A DNA stretch of 64,000 nucleotides, taken from the NCBI RefSeq assembly GCF_001194135.2, contig NC_068981.1:194670912-194734911 (forward strand), in the 5' to 3' direction. Positions 24,535 to 38,293 of the stretch are shown piece after piece. The notes beneath the pieces were generated by a model, which was not told where the DNA came from, searched no databases, and saw nothing but the letters and a program-made list of their open reading frames with translations. Each line of letters starts with the position of its first letter. Position 1 is the stretch's first letter. The position numbers and the translations under genes are program-made. Source of the DNA: Octopus bimaculoides (Eukaryota).

Positions 24535-27500
24535 TACATAAATTTTCATAAACCCAAAGGCTGAAAAGTTACAATAATAACCATAATAATATATTATGAT
24601 AATATATATGCTCCGATTATGTCACTTTAATTGGAGTATCATCATAATCATCATCAATTAACGTCTGTTTTCCATGCTGGCATAGGCTGGACAGTTTGAC
24701 TGAGGTCTGTAGAGCCAGTGGCTGCATCAGGCTCCAGTGTGTGTATATATATATATATATATATTTATATGTGCGCAATCACATATATCTGTTTGACACA
24801 TGTATGTGTGTGTAAGTGTTTATAGAGATATGTGCGTGTGGGTGTGTGCATAAGTGTATATTGATATACACGGATATAAGTAAACAATGATAAGTATATA
24901 AACATACAGAGTCATATATACAGGGAAAACAGACAGATTTATAAAAATATATCGGGAGAGGATCACTTTTAATAATTACAAATAATATTATCAAAAGATT
25001 ATTGTTATCAGAATTACGAGGGTGAGTGAAAAAGTAATGCCATTTTGTTTAGGACAGGTATAATTACCAACACAGGAACATGTATCATACATCAAAATGA
25101 AGCTGGTCCTCTGTGGATCACATCCCTACTTCTCAACATGGTCACCGCTTCTCTCAATAGCAATATTCCACCTTCAAATGAGAGCATGTATCCCTGCTCC
25201 ATAGAATTCTGTTGATTGTTCTTTGAGCCACTTCTTCACTACCTCCACTCACCAGGTTTAGCGCCTTCAGACAATCATCTCTTCGGTGCCATGAAAGAGG
25301 GTTTGAGAGGCAAACATTATTCCAATAATGAGGAAGTGAAAACTGTTGTGAAGAAGTTGCTCAAAGAACAGTCAACAGAATTTTACGGGGCAGGGATACA
25401 TTGCTATTGAGAGAAACGGTGACTATGTTGAGAAGTAGGGATGTGATCCACAGAGGACCAGCTTCATTTTGACGTTTGATACATGTTCCTGTGTTGGTAA
25501 TTATACCTGTCCTAAACAAAATGGCATTACTTTTTGACTCACCCTCAGAGTAGGACCTGACATCTCGATTCAAAATTTAAAACTATCTGCATTAACTCTG
25601 GATATTGTTATCAATATTTCATGTAAACTTCTAAACAGCTGCTATAATCACTAGAGATCAAAAGAAAAATATACGAGCTGTAGAGGACACAGTAGAGGAA
25701 TGGCAATGGTGGTGGAAAGTAATGGAGGTGATGGTGGTGGTGGCGGTGTCATCATAATGGTGGTGCTGGGAGTTGAGATATTGGTGTGTTAAGTCGGCCA
25801 GTGTGGTTGGCACATTCATTTCCATCCCTCTTCTCATCCAGTCACTTTCGTTCTTCTTCAATACATGACTCAACCATTTCAACCTATTTCTCTTCACAAC
25901 GTCTGTTGCTGGAGAAAGAAAGATGATGACTTGCAGAGTATGCTGGGAAATAAATCTCCAGATCAATAAACCCAAGAAACAACAACTATCTCCTGTAACT
26001 GTCTTCAGTTTTTCCTCTTCCTGGCATAAACCCTAACTGAATTATACTGTGGCAGATTTTCTATGGTTGAATGCCCTTTCTGTCACCAAGCCTCACTTGT
26101 TTCCAACTGAGGTAATATTTACATTATTTACATTTGATGGATATTTGTCCTCATCTTGTTTGTTGTTAACACAACGTTTTGGCTGATATACCCTCCAGCC
26201 TTCATCAGGTGCCTTGGGGAAATCTCGAACCTGGGTTCTCATTCCTAAGGTATTTTTCGATGTTATTATTATCATTATTATTCAGGTCACTGCCTGGAAT
26301 CGAACTCGGAATCTTGGGGTTAGTAGCCCGCACTCTTAACCACTACGCCATATGCTCATGGGCATATGTTAATAATAACATCGAAAACTACCTTAGGAAT
26401 GAGAACTCAGGTTCGAAATTTCCCCAAGACACCTGATGAAGGCTGGAGGGTATAACAGCCGAAACGTTGTGTTAACAACAAACAAGATGAGGACAAATAT
26501 CTGTCAAATGTAAATAAAGTAAATAATGTACTTAATTCCTCATCTCCTAAATATAGAACTCTAAGGTAATATTTCCCCATGACCAGACAAGCTTTTGTGG
26601 GAAACTGGCAATGATAGTGGCACTGATTTACAAGGACTTAGGCTGCTAAAATTGTCTCAAGGGAAGAAATTCTCCTTAGGGACATCATCATCATCGTTTA
26701 ACGTCCGCTTTCCATGCTAGCAGGGCTGGACGATTTGACTGAGGACTGGTGAACCAGATGGCTGCACCAGGCCCCAGTCTGCTCTGGCAGAGTTTCTACA
26801 GCTGGATGCCCTTCCTAACGCCAACCACTCCGAGTGTGTAGTGGGTGCTTTTACGTGCCACCAGCATGAAGGCCAGTCAGGCGGTATTAGGAACGGCCAC
26901 GCTCAAAATGGTGTATTTTATGTGCCACCCGCACAAGAGCCAGTCCAGGGGCACTGGCAACGATCTCGCTCGAAAATCCTACGACGGCCAGTCAGGCGGT
27001 ACTAAGCTGCTTAGTATACCTCTAATTAATAAATAATTAATTCCAGATTGAGGAAGCTTTGTGGCCAATTAGAGCAGCAAATATTAGACCATTTGCTGGT
27101 CTAATATAAGAAAAAACAAGTTTTTAGTAACCAACCATGAATGATGACTCAGTATTTGGAGCTGATGATTCACAACAATGCAGAAATGCATGCATCTTGC
27201 AATCCAATATCATTCATAGCCCAATGGTGTGGTTTTTTCACAAATTTTGTGTATAAGGAGAATTCTTTTGTTTCTGGAAATAGTTTCTGCAGCCTATATC
27301 CTTCCATGTCCAAGTGTGCATGAACCTATTAAATATGATTATACACACCTATATTTTATTCAATACTTTTTAGTGTGCCTGTAACTTTTACACACACACA
27401 CATACACACACGTGATGGCTTCTTTTGCACATAACAGCACATGTACGGTTCAATGTTCTAATACAAGAACCAGAAATTTTTAGTGGCTGTGAAGAATGAC

Positions 27501-29834
27501 CCAGCATCTATAGCTGACAAGGTGCAACAATGCAGAAATGCATGCATCCTACAATTCTCTTGAGACAATTTTAGCAGCCTAAGTCCTTCCATATCTAAGC
27601 CTACATAAACATGTTAAATATAGTTGTACGCACACACACACACACATATAAATATATAAATGAAAACCATGAAGAGAGTGGAGATTTATTCACATCCAAA
27701 ACTTTTTATGATTAAAGTTTCCTACAGTATATATAACACTGACCTACATATGTTTCTACTGCAGCAACTGCACAGCTCTGTATGCAATTATGCATCCTAG
27801 TCTGGGTTTATTATACCTAATATAAATGCAACCACGTAATTTCCTATACCTAGAATTAATTGCTCTAATAAGATATTGACAGTGTTTGGCTGATTCGGGA
27901 AAATCATCATCATCATCATCGTTTAACGTCCGCTTTCCATGCTGGCATGGGTTGGACAGTTCGACTGGGGACTGGCAAGCTGGGTGGCTGCACCAGACTC
28001 CATTCTGATCTGGCAAGGTTTCTACAGCTGGATACCCTTCCTAATGCCAACCACTCTGAGAGTGTAGTGGGTGCTTTTTATGTGCCACCGGCACGGGAGC
28101 CAATCGGGGGCACTGGCATGGCCACGTTTGGATGGTGCTTTTTACATGCCACCAGCACAGGAGCCAGTCAGGACGAAGGGGCTGGTAACAAAAGTTGATT
28201 CATATATTGTTTCATCATCATCGTTTAACGTCCATTTTCCATGCTGGCATGGGTTGGACGGTTCGACCGGGGTCTGGGAAGCCAGGAGGCTGCACCAGGC
28301 TCCAGTCTGATCTGGCAGTGTTTCTACAGCTGGATGCCCTTCCTAACGCCAACCACTCCATGAGTGTTTCATTCACAATTCAAAAGGTTTTTAAGTTGAA
28401 TTTCATAAAAAACGAGTCAAATAGACCTGTAGCTTATGATGTTGCTTAACAATTTCACATCTCGCTTGAGTGTTTACATTTGGGGGGGAGGGGCACAGGT
28501 TTTACAACTGGATGCTCTTCCTGTCACCAACTCCTTTACAGAGATTACTGCACTGGGTGTATTGTGCCAACATAAATATATAAATATAGGACAGACAAGG
28601 ATGTACCTGAATCATATTAGCAATGTCGACACAAGCATCACAACAACCATGCACCAATGAACAGAAGACAAAGAGAGAGAAAGAAAAGTAGAAAGTTAAA
28701 TTGCAAGTACCTTTGTATCCAGTAGCTTCAGAGTGTGGGGGGAATCGAGTGGTTTGGTGGGGGGGAAAAATATAAAGTAGGAAATAATTATTATAGACTT
28801 GTTTGTTGGTTAGATACTGAATGTTGGTGTATATTTGGAGGGTGTGTAACGTGTATATATGTGTATGTATGCATATATGTGTACGAGTGTATATGAATGG
28901 TTTAGATATATACATATAAAATATGTGTGTGTGTATAAATAAATAGTGGCTAGACAGCTAGTAGCCTTTACGTCACAACAGATTTCTTTGGAAACTGTCC
29001 GTCTGTAACAGGAGCTTTCTTTAACCCTTCCCACAGCTCCTATGATGGACGGAACCAGTAACCCTAATGTCACAGTAACCAAGACATATAGCTTGGCAAC
29101 AAGGCCTCACTACAATCAGGAAAATTGTCTCAATTCCAAGCTAAGTTCCTCTTGACTAGCTCAATATCTTGGAAACACCCTTTGACCACAAGAGTAACAT
29201 TATCCATCCAAAACTGACCACTCTTACCAACAGTATGGAAAGAAATTGCCCATCTACACTAGTGACCCTTTAGGGTACATAGATTCGGCTACTAAATCCT
29301 GTGCATGACACCATAAAGACATGGCCCCTTTCCCTTATAAAACCCTACCAAAAATAGGATAGAAGAATGAGACATGGATGCAAGCCACATTGCAATGGGA
29401 CAACCCGTATAGCAGTGGTGCTATAATAAGATGCCCTCGGTGCCCTCTGTAAAGTGGTTGGTGTGAAGAAGAGTACTGAGTAGCATAAACGATGCCAAAG
29501 TGGAGTGAATGAAGAAAGCATGGACATACGTTGCTGCCAAACTGCATTGTTTAGTCCTCATCAAGAAGGGTCGGAACTCTGAGTAAACACTTATATACAG
29601 AGTAAGGGGAGATCTGTTGCTCCTCTTCATATCAAGCAGGAAAGGGCTTTGTAAGACAGACACAACACCAAAATTTGTCGGTTTTCAGTTGGTGTGTGTG
29701 TGTGTGTGTGTGTGAAAGATGAAGAAGACAAAGATGACCCATCTAATCCTTGACAGCAGAAAAACAGACATAAAAGGATGACGATGATGTTCATGAAATA
29801 TATAACTAAGTTATATCTGTCTGTCTGTCTCTCT

Positions 29835-29874
<40 letters not shown>

Positions 29875-32351
29875 TAGTCATATCCAAAATCATGAAATTT
29901 AAGAGAGAAACTAGTCAACAAGTTCTAATACATAGCACAAAGAGAAGGTTTGTTAATGTTGTGTGATGAGAGGATAAGAGGCATGGATTTTTATCATGCT
30001 TTTTGCAAGATTTTATCATACTTTGCCAATATTCTTCTTGTTCTTGTTCGTTTTCTTCGAGTGACTGCTAATGAGACTGGATCTCATTAGCTTCATTTCA
30101 CCCTGTGTATTATTGCCAATAACATCGATGTAGCCGAGGGTCTTTGTTTTCTATTAAGGTGCAAAAGCCTTCAAAATACACAACCTGATACAGCCTGGTG
30201 ATAGCAGTGGTCAGAAAAGCTTACCCGAAATGGAATAATAATAGTAGAAATGGTTGAGAAGGTGTCCATAAATCTCCTCTTTGGTTTTCGTGCTCACGGC
30301 TTGAGGGGTTTTGAGATTCTAGGGGAATGAACCATCAAGGTGATCTTAATGCTCCTTTTTCATTGTCCAGGTTTCTCCTCCATAGAAGACAATGCTCTCT
30401 GCTTATGTTCTGAAGAAGACAAACTTTATTGACATTTAAATCTTTGGTTGGCAGATGTTTTGGAGCTTATTAAAAGCACTATCAACTAGTCCCTTGCACG
30501 TAAGGAAGTCTTTTTGAGTGTCAGCAAAATAGGACCCTAGGTACTTGAAGTCACTGCCCTCCTTGAGCCAGGTGCCATTATTGGAATAAGAAAGCAAGCG
30601 GTTTTTATCACCATTGATGGTCATATAAAGAGTGTTCTTTGTAAGGATCTTAGGATGCAGATAAATCTCAAGGAGGGGGTGAATGGCAGCACATACTTCT
30701 AGATAACACTCATCCAATCATACAAACATCATCATCATTTAACGTCCATTTTCCATGCTGGCATGGGTTGGACGGTTTGCCTGGGGTCTGGGAAGCCAGC
30801 TGGCTGCACCAGGCCCCAATCTGATCTGGTAGTGTTTCTACAGCCAGATGCCCTTCCTAATGCCAACCACTCCGAGAGTGTGGTGGGTGCTTTTTACATG
30901 CCACCGGCACAGAAGCCAGTCAAGGTGGCACTGGCACCATAAAGAGAATATTAAAAGTGATAGTAACGATGGAAGCTGGGAAGCATTACATGTGCGTATG
31001 TGTCTGTGAATGTATGTATGTATACACATTTGAGTCTCTCACCAAATATGTTTCTGTTAAGTCTACATCTGTTGCCGCCCTTGCTTCTTTGATACCTTGT
31101 CAATCCTTCTATCACTCACCTTTTATTTTCTTGTACCATGCTGCCTGTGTAACACAGAGAAGTATGAAACTTGTTTGACTCTCTAATCCTTCTCACCTAG
31201 TCTTCTATCGCTCTACCATACTACCCCTACAGTAAGTACTGGACTTACTTGTATTCAGTACCCATTACCCATCACTACCATCCTTATAATTCTGCCATCG
31301 CAACTGTAGAAGGAACCTGAGGAAGAGGTAGACTCAGGAAGACATGGGACGAAGTGGGGAAGCATGATCTTCAGATGTGGAGTCTCACGGAGGCAATGAC
31401 AAGTGATCATGACCTTTGGCGATTTGCTGTGCTTGAGAGAAGACCCATCAAGTGAAATGAAATCATAGCCATGGCCAGTTCCAGTGACACATAAAAGGGC
31501 ACCCACTACACTCTTGGAGTGGTTGATGTGAGGAAGGGCAGTGGTAGAAACCAAGCCAACTATGACTGGAACCAGTTCCAGTCAAACCATCTAAGCCATG
31601 CCAGAATGGAAAAAGGATTCTAAATGGCAATGATGACTTGCTCATCATGAGAGGCCTATGTATAAGGACTTGCACTGGTTTTCTTTGTACCTGATGCACT
31701 CTACTATTTCTCTTTCTGTATTGCCAGTCATCACTCCCTCTCTCAGGCCCATTTGTTATTAACATCCACAAATCTATCTTACCACTGTCCACCTATAGAC
31801 GTGTCGATTGTGCTTACTTCCTTCTCATCACCGTTTCTACCACATATTCCTACTCCGGCCACCTACAAATTCTAGTTCTTCTGTCATCACTTCACTCTCT
31901 CTCTCTTCTATTCATCTTTCCTTTCAGTTACATTCCTATGACAATATCATAACAGAGTAAAAACTCTTTAGTCTTACAGAATACAAGGCAACCTCACTAG
32001 TGCTGGTGCCAACATAAAATACATCCAGCACACTCTGTAAAGTGGTTTGTGAATGAGCAGGCGCAATGCTAGGTAAGAGGACCCTTTACTCTTGCTGGTG
32101 CCAGAACAAAATGCATTCAGGGCACTCTATAGAGTAGTTGGTGAGAGAAAGGGCATCAATCATAGAAACCAACTTAGAAATGAAACATGAGTGAGACGAG
32201 ATACTCTGAACCATTTAGGAGGGCAGTAACCCTGAGTAGGAACTGACTTGAACTGTAATGACCCATCCAAGCTTTTCCTGCAAGGAAACGGGACATAAAA
32301 TGATGATGAAAATGGTGACGATGATGCTGGTGGTGATAATGATAGAAGCTA

Positions 32352-32398
<47 letters not shown>

Positions 32399-35300
32399 CA
32401 CATACACATATATTTACACACACACACATCATTGGGGTTTCTCCCCCAATGTGTCTCTGTTAAGTCTATATCTGCTGTCTCTCCTTATACAGTGAAACTG
32501 GAGTCAATGCTTGTAAGAGATTTCTGCACAATGTGGAGATAGAGTACAATTTTGAAGGGTTTCTATGTCTGAAAGGGCAAGTGAAATGTCATGGAAAATA
32601 TTGTCAGAATCTGGTTGAAAGTTCCAGACGATAACCCTGGATACCAAGGATCAACAAAACAAGGAATAACAAAGCTGTTGTTGGTGATAGCAGAGATAGT
32701 GAAGAATATGAAGACAATAAACCATTGCTGAAGAAACTCAGGTTCTCGGCTAGATGAGTTTTCTTTGGATAGTCTTGAATATTGAAGAGGAAAGATGGAG
32801 AGCTTCTTACAAGGAGGGAAACGAATAAACTTATTAACTTACATATATATATATCAGGCACAAAGGTTCTTCATCAGAAGCAAACTGTCAAGAAATGTTA
32901 GACTATTCAGACACTAGAAAATTACTATTTTTAAATCTCACAACGAGAGATATTCAGCAACAGTACTTTGGAGTAAAGATTGTTTGCCAACATAACATGG
33001 CAGTCCTGGTTTAAGACGAATGTTGCTGTAATTTAGCCCCAGGAGACATCGTCTCCAGCTGGCTATACGACACAATCTGTGTCCTTATATTTTCAAACAA
33101 GGGAATCTAGCACCCCCACTCAGCTCATGATTTGTAGTGGGCAGTGGTCTTGCAGCTTCAGAGTAAGTGGTGGGGGAAGCAATGGGTGGTCAGTGATCAT
33201 AGTAGCACCAGCTGTTCTTCAAATGGTTGCAGAGGTTACTGTGTGTGTGTGTGTGTGAAGGTGGTGATGGTGGACAATAAGCAACTGTTGGTTGGTATCA
33301 GTCACAATGGAAGCAACTGCTTGTATTTTTGGTAGTGGTGATGGTCGTAGATAGAGCAGCAGTTGGTGACAAATGGACTGGAACAAGCAATAACAACCAT
33401 CAATATTAGCAATATTTGCCATAACAGCATCAAATTATACAATGCCAAACAGCTTCTATAAGCCACTGGCCTCACCACTTTTATGGATGTCATAGGGTTG
33501 CTGTCCACACCACAAGCAACGTGGCTAGTGTCTGAATAGAAAGGCATTTCTTGACTGTTTGCTTCCGATGGTGGGCCTTTGGGCCCGGAAAATACAAAGA
33601 TTATTAAAAACATTTCTTTTCCACATTGTAAGAAGCCCTCAGTCTTCACTATTTTACTTCTTTATCACAACACTTCAAGCAATCTACAAGACTCTCCTGA
33701 TATTCGGTAATCAATGTTTTTAGAGTCTGAATGGAACTCATTAATGCATCTACAGGTGTAATGACTCTAAGGTAGACAGGTTTCTTTTATTCAGATTAGG
33801 AAATCAATGTTAAAATTTTTAATTTCTAAGCAAAACAAGTGAGAAACAAATCACAGCTTATGTATCACTGTCCATCATTACACATACAAACGCATACACA
33901 CACAGAGGCACTCCGTTGGTTACATTGACGAGTGTTTCAGTTGATCCAATCAATGGAACAGCCTGCCTGTGAAATTAACGTGCAAGTGGCTGAGCACTCC
34001 ACAGACACGTGTAACCCTATCATAGTCCTCAGGGAGATTCAGTATGGCACAGAATATGACAAGGCTGGACATTTGAATGACAGGGACGACTCATTTTTGC
34101 CAGATGAGTGGACCTGAGCCATATACCCTAACCACTGACCTCCATGACACACACACACACAATAAATACATTCTTCAACCAGACGAGACCTTCTGTTGAC
34201 TCCACCCACCACTATTGAAGAATTGCCTTATTCACCATGGTGAGACTGAGGGTTAGCAAGGGTCATTCACAAGAGCCGAGGCAGAATGTGACTCGGAGCT
34301 TAAATGATGAAAGGAGAAGTTGATCACAGTGAGATTTGATCTCAGAGCACAGACAGCCGAAACAAACACCACAAAACGGTCTTAAGCTGACTCTTTAAAA
34401 ATGTCAATTTGCTTTCTTCTCTCTCTCCATAAGCAGGTATACAGTCGTCATCATCATCATCGTTGTTTAACATCCACTTTCCATGCTGGCACAAGTTGAA
34501 CAGTTTGACCGAGGACTGGCAAGCCAAGAGGCTGTACCAGGCTCCAATCTGATCTGGCAAGGTTTCTATAGCTGGATGCTCTTCCTAATGCCAACCACTC
34601 CGAGAGAGTAATGGGTGCCTTTTACGTGCCACCGGCACGGGAGCCAGTCAGGTGGCACTGGCAACGGCTACTACAAAAACTTATTTGGTTTTTTAACTCT
34701 TGACACCTGTCTTGTCTTTAATGATTCTTAGGTTTCCTCTCCATTCTAGTCAATGGCTTCTTTCTGACCCGTTTCCCTCACACCTTCTGTCTGTATTCAT
34801 TGCATATAAAGTTGAATGACCATCCTATCATCTTTTATCTCCATCCTTTCCTTTCTCTCACTAATTCCTATCATTAATCTCTTTTCTCTCCCCAATTCCC
34901 TGCTGCATCCCCTCCTCTCTTACCATCCCTCATCACCCACTTTCTCTTCTCTCCTATTCTCCTTCTGTTAAAGGGTCCATGATAGGGTTTTTAGCCCCGT
35001 AAATCACTGGTACTGATGCCGTGGAAAAAGCAGCAAGGACACTCTAAATTTGTCGGCATTAGACAGGGTATCCAGTTAAAGAGACCGTGCCGAGGTGGAC
35101 ATGGGAGCAGGACACAATTCTCTCAAGCCATCCAAACCATGACATCAGGAAAGCTGGACATTAAATGACAAAGATGATGATAATGATTATGTTGATGATG
35201 ATGACGACAACGATGATGTTGATGATGATGGTGATGATGTTGATGATGATGGTGTAAGTCCAAGGGAAAAGTGGATTACATGATTCACAGGTACATGTTG

Positions 35301-38242
35301 GGGACTTACTTCAATAATCCCTAAAAAATGAAAGGCAAAGATGGCCTTGGCTGGATTTGAATCCCTGAATGTGACAGACATTTCAAGAGAATTAACTTAA
35401 TATCACTAAGAAGTTTATCTGACGCTCTACCAATTCACCTCTAACCCTGTCGACCTTTGACTCGGGTCACAGCTGCATACAACAGACATTCTGGATACAT
35501 TCTATCACTCTCTCTTTTATTTGTAGCCATGTCTTTGTATATGAGACAAGGAGAGAGAGAGAGAGAGAGGGGGGAAGAATAAATAAACCGTTATAACAGA
35601 TGTACAGGGAACAACTGACAAGAACAAAGGTATATATGGGGGAGGGGTACCCGAAAGAAACTGGAATTTTTGCAATGTTATTTTATTCACTTAGTTTTAA
35701 ATGCTTACACTTTTATTGCCTTCATATTGAATTCTCCATTTGAAGCAATGCATCGGTCCAGGCGCGTTTTCCATTATTCGAAGCAGTCCTGGAATTCTTG
35801 CGAAATGATGCCTTTTAACGCCTCCATCGTTCCTTTCTTCACCTCTTCCACATCTGCAAATTCCATGGCACCAGCTTTCGCCACCAGGGATGACTTTCGA
35901 CAAAAGGTCCGGAAATACTTCCAACTGTTCTTTCAGTTCACGACACGCATTCAGTCGAGACTGTTTTTGATGTCCAGTGAGGAAGCGAGGCACAAATTTT
36001 GCTGCAACTCTTTTCATTCGCAATTCCTCGCTCAAAATTCGTTGGCAGCAGCTCCAGGACACAACAGTCATATCAACAAGTTCTTCAATTGTTCGGTGAC
36101 GGCACTCCAAGATCAGTTCATGAATTTCCATGATGTTTTCATTCGTTCCGGAGGTCGACGGTCATCTTGAACAAGGTTGGTCTTTAAACGACAAGTGACC
36201 ATTCCTAAAGCATGGAAACCACTCGTAAACTTGTGTTCTCCAGCAAGAAACAAAATTTCATGGAAGCCATTCCAGAAATCAATGAACAGGGGAGAAGCAT
36301 TGCAAAACAAAGACACACCAAGTGAAGCATGACTCCACGTGCAACCACCAGTCGGCAGACTGATGCCTGAGGGTTGCATCAAGTGGCTTCTAGTAGTGAG
36401 AGCCTGAACTACAATGGGTTTGTCCCACAGTAAACGTTTCTGGTTAAGAAAACGTTCTGGCTAAGGTGGCGAGCTGGCACAAACGTTAGCGTGCCGGGCG
36501 AAATGCTTAGTGGTATTTTGTCTACCGTTACGTTCTGAGTTCAAATTCTGCCGAGGTCGACTTTGCCTTTCATCCTTTCGAGGTCAACTAAATAAGTACC
36601 AGTTATGCACTGGGTTCAATGTAATTTACTTAATCCTTTTGTCTGTCCTTGTTTGTCCCCTCTATGTTTAGCCCCCTGTGGGCAATAAAGAAATAATAAT
36701 TATTATTATGATAAACACACACACACACATACAAGGGAGTTCCTTGCCATTTAATGAGTAACTCCAATAGTATGCTTTCGCCACACTGGGTAATACCAGG
36801 AAATATGACACACATTTAATAATTATAATTTAAATTTCATCACATTTCTTGCTGTTTATACAAAATGACGAAATGAATATTAAGTTTCAAAACCAAGTAA
36901 TAGTAAAGAAAAAAGAATCTCATTTGAATAACTCTTCCCACTATTCCTCTAGCATTTACCTCCTCCCCTTCCTGCCTTCTCTGTCTCTTTGATTCTGTAT
37001 CTCACACTATGTGTGTGCGTGTGTGCGCATGCATTGCATTCCAATATTCATTGCCTGCCACCAAGCCTAGTATGAACACACATCCACCACTTCTTATGTT
37101 AATTCTCTCTGTATCTCTCTTTTAAATCTCTCTCTTTTTCTCTATACATTGTAAAGCATGACCAGAAGAATAAAGTTACCAACTAACCAACATATATATA
37201 TATGAACATATATATATGTGTATATATATATATATATTATTTTGCTTAAAAGAGTTCCAACACTGTCTGTTTTTTATGTTTTATTTATATTCCTGCAGAA
37301 CTAATGTGGGGTATAGAATATGGAATATACAATATATAATATGATATACAATATACAATATAAAATAAAATAAAATAAAAATGGATGGCACCATGAAAGA
37401 AAGTATTGAATGTAGATGAAATATTGAGTGTTCAATATAAAGGATCAAATATATAAATATATAAATATAAATATATATATATATAAAGGCAACTCGAGTT
37501 TCAGGGCTATTTCCCTTCGTCATGGCCGGTATGACAGACTTTAACAGACAGTCTGTTAAAGTCTGTCATACCGGCCATGACNNNNNNNNNNNNNNNNNNN
37601 NNNNNNNNNNNNNNNNNNNNNNNNNNNNNNNNNNNNNNNNNNNNNNNNNNNNNNNNNNNNNNNNNNNNNNNNNNNNNNNNNNNNNNNNNNNNNNNNNNNN
37701 NNNNNNNNNNNNNNNNNNNNNNNNNNNNNNNNNNNNNNNNNNNNNNNNNNNNNNNNNNNNNNNNNNNNNNNNNNNNNNNNNNNNNNNNNNNNNNNNNNNN
37801 NNNNNNNNNNNNNNNNNNNNNNNNNNNNNNNNNNNNNNNNNNNNNNNNNNNNNNNNNNNNNNNNNNNNNNNNNNNNNNNNNNNNNNNNNNNNNNNNNNNN
37901 NNNNNNNNNNNNNNGGGGACCCTGTCAAAGGCTTTCTCCATGTCAACGAAAGCCAGGTACAGAGGTTTATCCTTGGCTAGGTATTTCTCTTGCAACTGTC
38001 TCACTAGAAATAAGGCATCAGTAGTGCTTTTACCTGGCACGAACCCAAACTGCATCTCATCTAAATTGATTCGCTCGTTTAACGTCCGCTTTCCATGCTA
38101 GCATGGGTTGGATGATTTGACTGAGGACTGGTGAAACCGGATGGCAATACCAGGCTCCAATCTAATTTGGCAGAGTTTCTACAGCTGGATGCCCTTCCTA
38201 ACACCAACCACTCAGCTCATTCATACATACCTTCATACATGC

Positions 38243-38293
<51 letters not shown>

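Noticed and set aside
26285-26357. tRNA-like sequence (also 56442-56514) as a genuine tRNA gene
   Set aside because: The acceptor and anticodon stems do not pair properly and it sits inside a TSD-flanked element; treated as a SINE-type head.
29100-29620. Possible LINE endonuclease remnant on the minus strand
   Set aside because: Similarity too weak and interrupted by stops to support a call by eye.
32604-33649. ORFs inside the 15.8-kb BAP1 intron as extra BAP1 exons
   Set aside because: Exon 38344 (LQQ) joins 22563 (MVKVMSP, cf. human LIRVTQP) in phase without them; no motifs or good splice sites.
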